This document shows, one piece after another, positions 37,925 to 47,216 of a stretch of DNA of 64,000 nucleotides. Every line of letters starts with the position of its first letter. The stretch's first letter is position 1. Source of the stretch: Patescibacteria group bacterium (GTDB lineage Bacteria; Patescibacteriota; Patescibacteriia; UBA9934); the NCBI GenBank assembly GCA_041660165.1, contig JBAZWW010000005.1:16191-80190 (forward strand). Reading direction: 5' to 3'. A model generated the notes under the pieces. The model did not search any database. It saw only the letters and a program-made list of their open reading frames with translations, and had not been told where the DNA came from. A program made the position numbers and the translations under genes.

Positions 37925-38806
37925 TTAAAGGAAATGAATTATTTCATCGGAAGGGACGTTGCCTGCTGTTACTTCAATAAGGTAGTTAAGAAAGGGCAGG
38001 CGTGCAAGCTGGCCGTTCAGGATTTTATTGAAGCAGGAGATTCCCCGGGTTCCTTCACTGGTAAGATCAGCGCCGATAGTGTTTTTACCTATAGCTACGC
38101 CCACCGTATGGTTGCGCGAATGCGGACTATCGCCAGTGCTGAAGAGATCGCCTAATCCGGCTTCGGATAAAACGGTGCTGGTTTTTCCACCAAGTTGTTT
38201 GACGATGAAATTGATTTCTTTCACGGCGCGGGAAACAAGCACGCCTTTGGCATTTGAGCCAAGTTCCAGCCCATCCGCAATGCCAAGACCGACGACGTAA
38301 GTATTTTTAAGAATACCGCAGAGCGCCACGCCGTGAACGTCAGAACTCCCGCGAATGTGCAGGGGGGTGCCGTCAAAAAGTTTCTGTACCATTTTGCGGA
38401 CAACGGCGCTGTCACTGCCAATGATGCCGGTGGTGTGTTTTCCGGCTATAAGTTCCTCAGCGATCATGGGACCGGCCAAGAGGCCTACCGGATGGCCTGG
38501 CACTAACTCTGACATGAGGATGTCTGACGTTTTACAGGTTTCGAATTCAATACCCTTTGCTAGGGCAATAAGCGGTACTCCTTCTTTAAGGTAAAGATGA
38601 ACGGAGTGAAGGACTCCGCGGAGCGTCCATGAAGGAGTGCAAAGAAAAATAATGTCGCTTTCTTTAACGGCGGATTCAAGCGTGCCTTGGTTTGGGTACT
38701 TTGCTGTATTCACGTCCCACGGCCTGACGGTTACATTGGGTTGTGTTTTGAGGAGAGAGTGAATAGCCGTCCCAATATTTCCGTAGCCAATTATGCTGAC
38801 AATCAT
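37925..38806 (-). CDS. gpsA: NAD(P)H-dependent glycerol-3-phosphate dehydrogenase-like protein
   Basis: N-terminal Rossmann IIGYGNIGTAI; LAGPMIAEEL and GLGIADGL resemble GpsA motifs. Confidence 0.6.
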   Translation of the reverse strand: MIVSIIGYGNIGTAIHSLLKTQPNVTVRPWDVNTAKYPNQGTLESAVKESDIIFLCTPSWTLRGVLHSVHLYLKEGVPLIALAKGIEFETCKTSDILMSELVPGHPVGLLAGPMIAEELIAGKHTTGIIGSDSAVVRKMVQKLFDGTPLHIRGSSDVHGVALCGILKNTYVVGLGIADGLELGSNAKGVLVSRAVKEINFIVKQLGGKTSTVLSEAGLGDLFSTGDSPHSRNHTVGVAIGKNTIGADLTSEGTRGISCFNKILNGQLARLPFLNYLIEVTAGNVPSDEIIHFL

Positions 38807-38874
38807 ATGAAAGAAGTATAACAGTTGACAGGTAGTATAAGAAGAGAATAATTACTTTCGCACTTAACCATTGT

Positions 38875-40122
38875 ATGGAAAATAATCAACTTCGCCAAGT
38901 ATTTTTCTTTGGGTTTTTGGGCGCCTGTACGGCTAATGCGGTGCTGATCCTGGGGGCCGTGTCCTACGCGGGCGCGAACGGTCTTTTTCAGGACGGGCGA
39001 TTCCTCTCCCCGCTAGGGGAGAGGCCAGGTGAGGGGACATCGGGACAGGGCGATACGAACTCAGTTATCGGCGATGGGATCTCTCGGCAGAATTCCGTGG
39101 TGACCACAGTCGCATCGGCAAATCCCGCTGTTGTTTCTATTGTCATCAGCAAAGACGTGCCGGTCATGGAGCAGTATTTTGAGAATTACAATCCGTTTGG
39201 CGGAAACTCGCCGGGTTTTCAGATTCCGCAGTACCGGCAGAACGGCACTAAGAAGCAGGAAGTGGGGGGAGGCTCGGGATTTTTCGTTAGTGCCGATGGG
39301 TATGTAGTGACGAACGCCCACGTAGTGCATGACGATACGGCCGAGTACACTGTCTTCTCGAACGACGGGACCAAATACGACGCGAAGGTCATCGCGAAAG
39401 ATACAGTGCTCGATATTGCTCTCTTAAAGGTAGACGCCAAGGATGCAAAGTTTCTCGCCTTCGCTAATTCTGATGAGGTGCAGGTGGGCGAGTCTGTGAT
39501 CGCGATCGGTAACGCGCTTGGCGAATACCGAAATACCGTTTCAGCGGGTATTGTCTCGGGCCTGGCGCGCTCGGTTTTGGCGAGCACGGGTTACGGCGGT
39601 GCGGAAACACTACCGAACGTGATTCAGACGGACGCGGCGATCAATCCGGGAAATTCAGGCGGGCCATTACTCGACCTTTACGGAAACGTCATTGGCGTGA
39701 ACGTGGCGGCCAGTGCGGGGAGTGCGGAGAACATTGGTTTCGCGCTTCCGGCCAACGCGGTCAAGAAGGCCATTGACTCCATCAGAGAAAATGGGCGAGT
39801 GATCCGTCCGTACATTGGCGTGCGGTATGTGCCGGTTACGCAAGAGATTAAGGACTCGAACAATCTTGACGTTGATTACGGCGCGCTGGTTTTACGCGGG
39901 GCTAAGGCGGGAGACCTGGCCGTCATTCCTGGATCACCCGCTGATAAAGCGGGCATAGAGGAGAACGATATTATTTTGGAAATCAATGGTGAGAAAGTGA
40001 CGGCAGACGTGCCGATGGCAAACATTATTAACGCGCACGCCGTGGGAGAAAAATTAAAGTTGAAGATTTTGCATGACGGGAAAGAAAAAACGGTTGAGCT
40101 AACGCTCGAAGAGCAAAAATGA
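38875..40122 (+). CDS. HtrA/DegP-family serine protease with PDZ domain
   Basis: catalytic triad context TNAHVV, D, GNSGGPLLD; C-terminal PDZ. Confidence 0.85.
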   Translation: MENNQLRQVFFFGFLGACTANAVLILGAVSYAGANGLFQDGRFLSPLGERPGEGTSGQGDTNSVIGDGISRQNSVVTTVASANPAVVSIVISKDVPVMEQYFENYNPFGGNSPGFQIPQYRQNGTKKQEVGGGSGFFVSADGYVVTNAHVVHDDTAEYTVFSNDGTKYDAKVIAKDTVLDIALLKVDAKDAKFLAFANSDEVQVGESVIAIGNALGEYRNTVSAGIVSGLARSVLASTGYGGAETLPNVIQTDAAINPGNSGGPLLDLYGNVIGVNVAASAGSAENIGFALPANAVKKAIDSIRENGRVIRPYIGVRYVPVTQEIKDSNNLDVDYGALVLRGAKAGDLAVIPGSPADKAGIEENDIILEINGEKVTADVPMANIINAHAVGEKLKLKILHDGKEKTVELTLEEQK

Positions 40123-40205
40123 CCCCTGTGGACAGCTTTCTTCAATGTTTTTGCCTCTATGTTACGCTTTGACCCGTAAAACACTAATGAATTAACCCGA
40201 CCACT

Positions 40206-40490
40206 ATGTCGAACCGATTGACCAAGGCACAGATCATGTCCGCACTCTCAGAGACCTGGGGCGTTTCCAAGAAGGATGCCGGTGAGATGTATGACAAGTT
40301 CATGGCCGTGGTTTTCTCTGAGATCAAGCGCGCTGGCGAATTTGTTATGCCAGGCCTGGGAAAGCTGGTTAAGAAGCACCGCCCGGCCCGCATGGGTAGG
40401 AACCCAGCCACGGGCGAGGCTATCAAGATTGGAGCTAAGACCGTGCTGAAGTTCTCCGTGGCTAAGAGCGCCAAGGAGGCCCTTTTGTAG
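40206..40490 (+). CDS. hup: DNA-binding protein HU
   Basis: HU/IHF fold signature incl. arm RNPATGE. Confidence 0.9.
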   Translation: MSNRLTKAQIMSALSETWGVSKKDAGEMYDKFMAVVFSEIKRAGEFVMPGLGKLVKKHRPARMGRNPATGEAIKIGAKTVLKFSVAKSAKEALL

Positions 40491-40493
40491 ATT

Positions 40494-40610
40494 TACACAG
40501 ATCGCTAGACAGGACAGATGTACACAGATAAGAGGATACCGGGTTACCCCGGTATTTTCTTTTTCCTGATATGTGTTAAATTTGTCGTAGATTCCTGATC
40601 TGTGTAAATC
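40494..40610. repeat. ACAGAT-repeat element with terminator hairpin, bounded by 13-bp inverted repeat ATTTACACAGATC / GATCTGTGTAAAT
   Basis: repeats TACACAGATC, GACAGATGTACACAGATAAGAG, hairpin ATACCGGGTTACCCCGGTAT+T-run; similar module after rplU (58826-58900). Confidence 0.45.
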
Positions 40611-40616
40611 CAGCGT

Positions 40617-41804
40617 ATGAGGAGACTTGTTACTCTTTTTACCGTAAGCCTGCTTGTGGCGGTGGTTTTTGTCTTTGGCATTATTGTGGCCCACCCCCTG
40701 TCTGCACCCGCGGATTTGGCAGCAGCGGCGCCTATTGCCAGGGATGCGGTGAAGGAGATTATTGAGGCTAGAGAGCAGGAAATTGAGAAAAATCCAGAGG
40801 TTCCCTTTGGCGATAAGGACACCATTAACATCCTGGCGCTCGGGATAGACTCCAGGAAAGAAGGAGATTATGCCCATTGTGACGCTATTCACATGATCAG
40901 TTTGAACCTGAAGAACTGGACGATCACGATCACTTCTGTGCCGAGAGGGACCACTTCGCCCCTCCCACCGGGACGAGAGTACTTGGTGACCGACTACTAC
41001 TTGTCGAATGCTTGTTACTTTGGCGGTCTGCCATATGGCATCAAACAGATTGAGAAAGTGGCTGGTGTGAAGGCTGACTATGTGGCTACGGTTGGTTTCT
41101 CTGAAGCGCTTGGCATGTTTAGAGCGCTCGACCTGCCAACCACGGATACACTCGAGTTTCTACGCCACCGCCGGAGCTATCAGATCGGGGATCCTCAGCG
41201 CAGTCATAACCAGGGGCTGTTCATTAAGGACACGGCGCTGAAACTTTTATCGAGTAATCACATTCCTGCACCATTCCTTTATATTCTCTACTCGTTTGTT
41301 CACACGGACATGGATTTCAATACAGTGAAGGCGCTTTACGATGCGTATTACACGGCGCATTTGGGCGAGCATCCGGACACCATCACGCTCGTCATGAAGC
41401 CGTTCTATCCGGTGGCGGATATTCACTATGATCCGGAAAATGCCCCGGCCCAGGTTGGCAAGCTGATCGATTTCTTGAAGGGTAAGGTTTCTCCGGTTGA
41501 TCTTTCCCTCACGCCTTTGGGCGAGGTCCAAGCCCAGCTGGTCACGTATCTTCGCGACGCTCTGGCAGACGACGAAGCCATGAAGCGCGTCTTTGCTGAA
41601 CAAATGTGGCGCCAGGTTGAGGATCAAGACGTACGCGAGGAGTTGCAATATCGTTACCTCGACAAATACGTGCTGACGATTAGCAAGGCGGACCCAGAAA
41701 CTGCACAAAAACTCGTGACCGACTACATTTTGGAGAAAGAGTATTTTGGATTAACAGTTTGGGAAGTCAAGGGTAAAAAGTTGTTGGGAGAGATAGCGAA
41801 GTAG
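40617..41804 (+). CDS. LytR-CpsA-Psr (LCP) family protein
   Basis: INILALGIDSR..DAIHMISLN..ITSVPRGT. Confidence 0.8.
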   Translation: MRRLVTLFTVSLLVAVVFVFGIIVAHPLSAPADLAAAAPIARDAVKEIIEAREQEIEKNPEVPFGDKDTINILALGIDSRKEGDYAHCDAIHMISLNLKNWTITITSVPRGTTSPLPPGREYLVTDYYLSNACYFGGLPYGIKQIEKVAGVKADYVATVGFSEALGMFRALDLPTTDTLEFLRHRRSYQIGDPQRSHNQGLFIKDTALKLLSSNHIPAPFLYILYSFVHTDMDFNTVKALYDAYYTAHLGEHPDTITLVMKPFYPVADIHYDPENAPAQVGKLIDFLKGKVSPVDLSLTPLGEVQAQLVTYLRDALADDEAMKRVFAEQMWRQVEDQDVREELQYRYLDKYVLTISKADPETAQKLVTDYILEKEYFGLTVWEVKGKKLLGEIAK

Positions 41805-41866
41805 TTAAAAAAGTTAAAAAAGCGAAAAGTTAAAAAAGAAATGCTCCCTGATGAGGGAGCTTTTTC

Positions 41867-42094
41867 TTATGCGATCACTCGGAGGTCAAACATTTTGCCT
41901 TCTTTCATCCACTTGCGGATGGTACGGAGGCCCCGGCCGGAGACTAGGATTCTCATGGCTCTGCCTGTGGCAGGATTCATGATGGTCTTTGGCTGGAGGT
42001 TTGGCATCTGACGGCGCTTGGTCTTCACGTTGGAGTGGCTGACGTTGTTGCCAACGAGAGGCCGTTTCCCCGTGATCTTGCAGATCTTTGCCAT
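41867..42094 (-). CDS. rpmB: 50S ribosomal protein L28
   Basis: MAKICKITGKRPLVGNNVSHSNVKTKRR..PNL signature. Confidence 0.85.
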   Translation of the reverse strand: MAKICKITGKRPLVGNNVSHSNVKTKRRQMPNLQPKTIMNPATGRAMRILVSGRGLRTIRKWMKEGKMFDLRVIA

Positions 42095-42168
42095 AAAATA
42101 TGAGTAAATTTGATTGCGAGAGTGTACGTTAAACCTTCTATTCAGTCAACTGCTATACTTTACGCAAT

Positions 42169-43527
42169 ATGAAAGAGCTTAGCGGGGGAGAAGGCGCGGC
42201 GTATGTTATTGCCGTGAGCATGGGCTATGGGCATGAGCGGGCAGCCAGCGCCCTGCGGGGTTTTGCTGAAGGGAGAAAAGTGATTGTAGCGAATGAGTAT
42301 GAGGGGATCCCGAAGGGCGATAAAAAACTGTGGGATTTGAGCCGGCGGTGGTATGAGCGGATTTCGCGTTTTAAGAAAGTGCCGATAGTAGGCCCCATGG
42401 CTTTTGGCGTCATGGATTGGATCCAGCAGATTGAACCATTTTATCCCAGGCGAGACCTTTCGGCGCCCACCATGCAACTTCGCCAAACGTATGCGCTTAT
42501 TCGCCGAAGCGGGTGGTGCCGGCATTTGATTGAGGAACTCGCCAAGAAACCCAAACCGCTCGTTTGTACGTTTATGACGGCGGCTTTTGCGGCGGAGGAG
42601 AATAACTACCCCGGTGATATTTTTCTGGTATGTTGTGACGCTGATGTGGCCCGCCCATGGGCTCCGCTTAATCCGTATAAGAGCCGGATTCAGTACCTGG
42701 CGCCGACTGGTCGAGTGGCTGAACGGCTGAAGCTCTACGGCGTGCGGAGTGAGAATATTCATCTCACCGGTTTCCCGCTTCCGCCGGAAGCAGTTGGCGG
42801 GCCTGAGTCAAAACAAGCACTTGAAGATTTGTCTCGACGAATGTGCCACCTTGATCCGCAGGGAATTTTTATGGAGCAGGCCGCGCCCATGCTTGAAGCA
42901 AAAATGGGCAGTCAGTTTTGTTCGGCCGTCAAAAAGGGAAACGGTAAGGCGGTTTCACTCACGTTTGCGATTGGGGGAGCGGGTGCACAGCGAGAGATGG
43001 GGGTGACCGCAGCCTGTTCGCTCGCCCAAAGTATTTTGGCGGGAAAACTACAGATGAACCTGGTGGCTGGCATTCGGCCGGAAGTGGGCGAGTATTTCCG
43101 TACTCAACTGGCCAAGTGCGGTTTGGGCGATGCTGTCCAAGATGGGCGAGTGAACATTATTGAGAACAAAGACCGCCAGGAATATTTTTCGTCCTTTAAC
43201 AAGCTCATGATGAAGACGGATATTCTTTGGACCAAGCCGTCAGAACTTTCTTTCTACGCCGGGCTAGGCATCCCTATTCTCATGGCGCCAACGGTTGGCA
43301 GTCAGGAAGATTTCAATCGCCAGTGGCTTTTCCAAGTCGGTGCTGGCGTAAAGGCGCTTGATCCCCGCTACGCAGATGAGTGGTTATGGGATTGGATCAA
43401 CGGCGGTGCGTTTGCGAGAATGGCGTGGAATGGCTACATCAACGCGCCAACGCATGGGGCGTATCGCATCGAGGATGTAGTGCGAGGCCGGCCGTTCACT
43501 ATGCATCAGTTGCCGATTGTTGTTTGA
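42169..43527 (+). CDS. GT-B glycosyltransferase-like protein (MGDG-synthase/MurG-like N-terminus)
   Basis: N-terminal MGYGHERAASAL typical of GT28-type enzymes; rest weakly conserved. Confidence 0.45.
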   Translation: MKELSGGEGAAYVIAVSMGYGHERAASALRGFAEGRKVIVANEYEGIPKGDKKLWDLSRRWYERISRFKKVPIVGPMAFGVMDWIQQIEPFYPRRDLSAPTMQLRQTYALIRRSGWCRHLIEELAKKPKPLVCTFMTAAFAAEENNYPGDIFLVCCDADVARPWAPLNPYKSRIQYLAPTGRVAERLKLYGVRSENIHLTGFPLPPEAVGGPESKQALEDLSRRMCHLDPQGIFMEQAAPMLEAKMGSQFCSAVKKGNGKAVSLTFAIGGAGAQREMGVTAACSLAQSILAGKLQMNLVAGIRPEVGEYFRTQLAKCGLGDAVQDGRVNIIENKDRQEYFSSFNKLMMKTDILWTKPSELSFYAGLGIPILMAPTVGSQEDFNRQWLFQVGAGVKALDPRYADEWLWDWINGGAFARMAWNGYINAPTHGAYRIEDVVRGRPFTMHQLPIVV

Positions 43528-43564
43528 TCGGGTAAGACGTTTATATTACCGCATTTCTTCTTTC

Positions 43565-43647
43565 TCCATCCTGAGCTATGCGAAGGATCCGACTTTCTCC
43601 TTTAATAGTGGAGAGGGGCGGACCCTTCGCTCTCGCTCAGGGTGGAA
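43565..43647. repeat. long imperfect palindrome (~83 bp) with termini CCATCCTGAGC / GCTCAGGGTGG (MITE-like)
   Basis: nested inverted repeats; termini match CCACCCCGAGG/CCTCGGGGTGG element at 52484-52574. Confidence 0.45.
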
Positions 43648-43656
43648 TAGCCTCGT

Positions 43657-44592
43657 ATGTTCACCAAACCATTCGAACAACTCGACAAACACTCCGTCCA
43701 CGAAGCCGGAGGTAAAGGCGCCTCACTTGGCGAAATGACGCAGGCGGGGATTCCGGTTCCGCCGGGGTTTGTTGTACTCGCAAATTGCTTCGACAAATTT
43801 CTCGACGAGACGAATTTGAAGGCGGAGGTTGAGGCAGAACTCGACAAAGTGAATTACGATGACGTTGCTTCCGTTGAGCGCGCCTCTCGAGTTTTGCACG
43901 ACCTCATTCATGACGCGCGGTTTCCAAAAGATATAGAAGCCGAGATTCTGACGGACTTTGCAGTGCTCGGCGCTGAATTTGTGGCCGTGAGATCGAGCGC
44001 TACTGCTGAGGACTCGTCAACGGCAAGCTGGGCGGGGGAGCTCGAAAGCTATTTGAACACGACAGAGAAGACCCTGCTTGGCAACGTGAAGAAATGCTGG
44101 GCTTCGCTGTTTACGCCAAGGGCGATTGTATATCGCAATGAAAGGGGGATGCGTAAGAGTCATGTCTCGGTCGCCGTTGTTATCCAAAAAATGGTACAGA
44201 GCGAAGTGTCGGGCATCGCGTTTACGGTGCATCCAGTAACTCGAGATACGAACCAGATGATTATTGAAGCCTGTTGGGGTTTGGGCGAGTACATTGTGGG
44301 TGGAGTCGTCACGCCTGACTCGTACGTCATTGACAAACGGGACGGCTCGTTCGTTGACGTCAACGTGTCCGAGCAGGAATTCATGTTGACGAGGGGGGAA
44401 AAAGGCAACGAGCGCACCAAAGTTTCCGCCGAAAAATTTGCTAAACAAAAAGTTGCGGGAAACATGCTGAAGGAAATCGGCGAGCTTTGCGTTCGTATCG
44501 AACAGCATTACGGCTTTCCTTGTGACATTGAATGGGCTATGGAAGCCGGTACCTTTTACGTGGTGCAAAGCCGGCCGATTACGACGTTGTGA
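43657..44592 (+). CDS. stand-alone PEP-synthase/PPDK N-terminal ATP-grasp (nucleotide-binding) domain protein
   Basis: EAGGKGASLGEM..AGIPVPPGFVV hallmark of PPDK_N; 311 aa, no swivel or PEP-binding domain. Confidence 0.8.
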   Translation: MFTKPFEQLDKHSVHEAGGKGASLGEMTQAGIPVPPGFVVLANCFDKFLDETNLKAEVEAELDKVNYDDVASVERASRVLHDLIHDARFPKDIEAEILTDFAVLGAEFVAVRSSATAEDSSTASWAGELESYLNTTEKTLLGNVKKCWASLFTPRAIVYRNERGMRKSHVSVAVVIQKMVQSEVSGIAFTVHPVTRDTNQMIIEACWGLGEYIVGGVVTPDSYVIDKRDGSFVDVNVSEQEFMLTRGEKGNERTKVSAEKFAKQKVAGNMLKEIGELCVRIEQHYGFPCDIEWAMEAGTFYVVQSRPITTL

Positions 44593-44813
44593 ATAGTTAC
44601 GAAAAATGATAGACTTGAGAAAATATGTCCAAGAAAGGTCTGCTTTCATCATTGCTCCGCTATCGCAGTTCTGCACGCGGAAGCGCTACGCGGAAGAACT
44701 ATCTTCGCAATTTTTTGCCGAAGATGCTTTATCGCACCACAAAAACAGAGAATCCTGAGACAACTCGGAAGATGGTTTCGCTGGCGATGCGAAAACGCGC
44801 GTAGGCATCACTT

Positions 44814-45431
44814 ATGGCTCGAAGAATAGGAGAGACAAGTTATAAAGAAACAGCATTCGGTATTATTCCACGCTCCAAACTTATCCCGCTTGAGATTGAG
44901 GGGATACGCCGAGCGTGGGATTTTGTTTTACAGGAACGACAAGCTGGTTTGATCGCTATAACCCCAATACTATTGAAGCGCGTTCATGAAATTGGTTTTG
45001 GTTGGATCTTTCCTGAGTTCGGCGGAAAGTTTCGACGGATCGACGTCCAGGTTTCCAAACACCAGCCTCCAAAGTTTCTACGTGTTCCATAGTTGATGGC
45101 AGATTTTTGTGCTGACTTAGCTGAACGGATGCGTCACTTTCCTTCAATCGACAACGTGTTGTTTTTGGATAGACTCATCGAGCTCCTTGCTTGGGCGCAC
45201 CACCGATTTCTTTGGATTCATCCGTTTCAGGATTACAACGGACGAATGGGGCGATTGCTCGTGAACATGGTTTTGCTGAATTTCGATCTTCCTCCCGTTG
45301 AACTTCGCGTAGAGACTCCGGCGCGAAGACGTAAATATGTTTCAGTTTTGCAATCTGCCGATGCTGGAGATTTTAGGGCTTTGGAGAAGCTATTTAGCGA
45401 GGCAATACAGGAAGCGGCGAAAGAAATATAA
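44814..45431 (+). pseudogene. Fic-family gene interrupted by in-frame TAG at 45090-45092
   Basis: ORF 44814-45092 (Fic N-part incl. GGKFR) and 45093-45431 (HPFQDYNGRMGR motif) are in the same frame separated only by an amber codon; second ORF would need TTG start. Confidence 0.6.
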
Positions 45432-45508
45432 AAATCAAAACCGCCCGGAGAACCCCGTCTGCGGACGGATTCTGACGGGCGGAGGCGGGCCGGTGGCGGG
45501 GCGCGGGG

Positions 45509-46159
45509 CTATTCGAGCTCGGTATCATCGAGCTCGAGAATCTTCGCTTGCCCCGTGTTGGCGTAGATGATGATGGTCCCGCCGAGGCCGAGGGCGTGGT
45601 TCGTGACGTGGCCGATGGCGTCCCAGTTCCGACCGCCAATGATGGCCACGGCCAGCGCGTTGGACAGAACGGCGTGACAGCCGATGTGGACGGTGTTCAT
45701 GCCCGGACGCCAGTTCTGGAACACCGCGTCCTGCACGGCTTTGAGCGCCTTCTTCGCCCAGCGGTTCAACACGTCTGTGTGATCGTCCTCCTGGTATTGG
45801 GCCAGCGGGGCGTAGCCGTGGCGTTGGAACAGGTGGTCGAATTCATCGCCGTCCGTGGTCTGGTCTGCCGGCATGTACAGCTCGGGGAGCACGGTGTGCT
45901 TGCCGACCGCATCGTCTTGCACTGTCTGAATCGCCCGGAGCGCGGGCGAAGACAGGATCATGGCCGCGGGCAGAATTTCCCGCGCTGTGAGGCTCTGATG
46001 CAGATGCTGTCTCTGCGCCAGACCGTCTTTGTCCAACGGTCGCTCGATATCCACTTTCCCTTTGGCCGCCTTGGCGTGCCGTGAAATGGCAATGATCACT
46101 GTCCCTCCACTTGTTCCGGGATTTGCATTTGCGCGCCGGACGGGATAGGCTAACAGCAA
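45509..46159 (-). CDS. histidine-phosphatase superfamily protein, SixA-like (phosphohistidine phosphatase)
   Basis: IAISRHAKA catalytic core and ..RPL..G....L...ILSSPALRAIQT...VLPEL.. pattern alignable to SixA; gene is ~65% GC versus ~50% background. Confidence 0.5.
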   Translation of the reverse strand: MLLAYPVRRANANPGTSGGTVIIAISRHAKAAKGKVDIERPLDKDGLAQRQHLHQSLTAREILPAAMILSSPALRAIQTVQDDAVGKHTVLPELYMPADQTTDGDEFDHLFQRHGYAPLAQYQEDDHTDVLNRWAKKALKAVQDAVFQNWRPGMNTVHIGCHAVLSNALAVAIIGGRNWDAIGHVTNHALGLGGTIIIYANTGQAKILELDDTELE

Positions 46160-46162
46160 ATA

Positions 46163-47212
46163 ATGGCCAGGTCAAGCGGAAAGTCTATGATTACTTTGAC
46201 GAAAACATTTTCCCGGGAGCGTGCGCTGTTTTACGTAAATCTCTTCATGGAGAGCGATCGGCGGGCTATGTGGGAGTGGCTTGGGTACAGTCTGAAGAAT
46301 GCTTTGTATCTTCGTGAGGGCGCCACCAATAAGGTTTCTTGTTGGTATGAGGCAAGTGAGTTTAACGGTTGGCATGAGCTTTTAGCTCAGAAAGTAGCTG
46401 AAGACCCATCATTGATCGATCGGCTGAAACAATCTTTGGCCGAGCATTGGGCTGTTGCGTTACCTTATCTGACGCGCGAGAAAATGATCACGAACGTGGA
46501 TGAATTTACCGAATACTACACGGCAATTGTTTCCTGGTGGTCTGCCATGGCCAATTTCTTCTTCATTCCTAATCTTGATGTACCGGAAAATATTAAGCAT
46601 GAAGCATTGAAGCAGCGCGAGGCGGTTGAAAGTTATTCCGATACCATGGATCGGCTCTGTATCGAGTATTGGCAGAAGTATTACCCCGAGTTTGCGGATG
46701 TTGCTTTTGTCATTTCGCCGTATGAAGTAATGACGGCGGGTAGGGAAGGGGTTGAGGCCATTGATATTGAAGGGATTAAAAAACGCCTTCAAGGATATGG
46801 GTTGTTAAACGGAAAGCTGTATTTGCTTCCTGAGCTTAAAATCGAAATGGAGAAGGATGGCCTCGTATTTGCTTCTGTTGACGTTGCAGAGATCACTCAA
46901 TTCAAGGGGGCCATTGCAAGCATGGGCAAGGCCATCGGTAAAGTTCGGTTAGTACTTTTGAAGAGTCAGATTGGTGAATTACTCGAAGGCGAAGTTCTTG
47001 TTACGGAAATGACTAATCCGGATTTTGTATCCGCCATGAAGAAGGCTGCCGCGATTATCACGGACGAAGGCGGTGTCACCTGTCATGCCGCGATTGTATC
47101 CCGTGAACTTCACGTCCCATGCATTATCGGCACAAAGATAGCGACGCAGGTTTTGAAGGACGGAGATCTAGTGGAGGTTGACGCAAATACAGGGATCGTG
47201 CGGAAGATATAG
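46163..47212 (+). CDS. PEP-utilizing-enzyme swivel (phosphohistidine) domain protein, paralog A
   Basis: C-terminal ~100 aa AIITDEGGVTCHAAIVSRELHVPCIIGT..GDLVEVDANTGIV; novel N-terminal ~240-aa domain. Confidence 0.7.
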   Translation: MARSSGKSMITLTKTFSRERALFYVNLFMESDRRAMWEWLGYSLKNALYLREGATNKVSCWYEASEFNGWHELLAQKVAEDPSLIDRLKQSLAEHWAVALPYLTREKMITNVDEFTEYYTAIVSWWSAMANFFFIPNLDVPENIKHEALKQREAVESYSDTMDRLCIEYWQKYYPEFADVAFVISPYEVMTAGREGVEAIDIEGIKKRLQGYGLLNGKLYLLPELKIEMEKDGLVFASVDVAEITQFKGAIASMGKAIGKVRLVLLKSQIGELLEGEVLVTEMTNPDFVSAMKKAAAIITDEGGVTCHAAIVSRELHVPCIIGTKIATQVLKDGDLVEVDANTGIVRKI

Positions 47213-47216
47213 AGCT

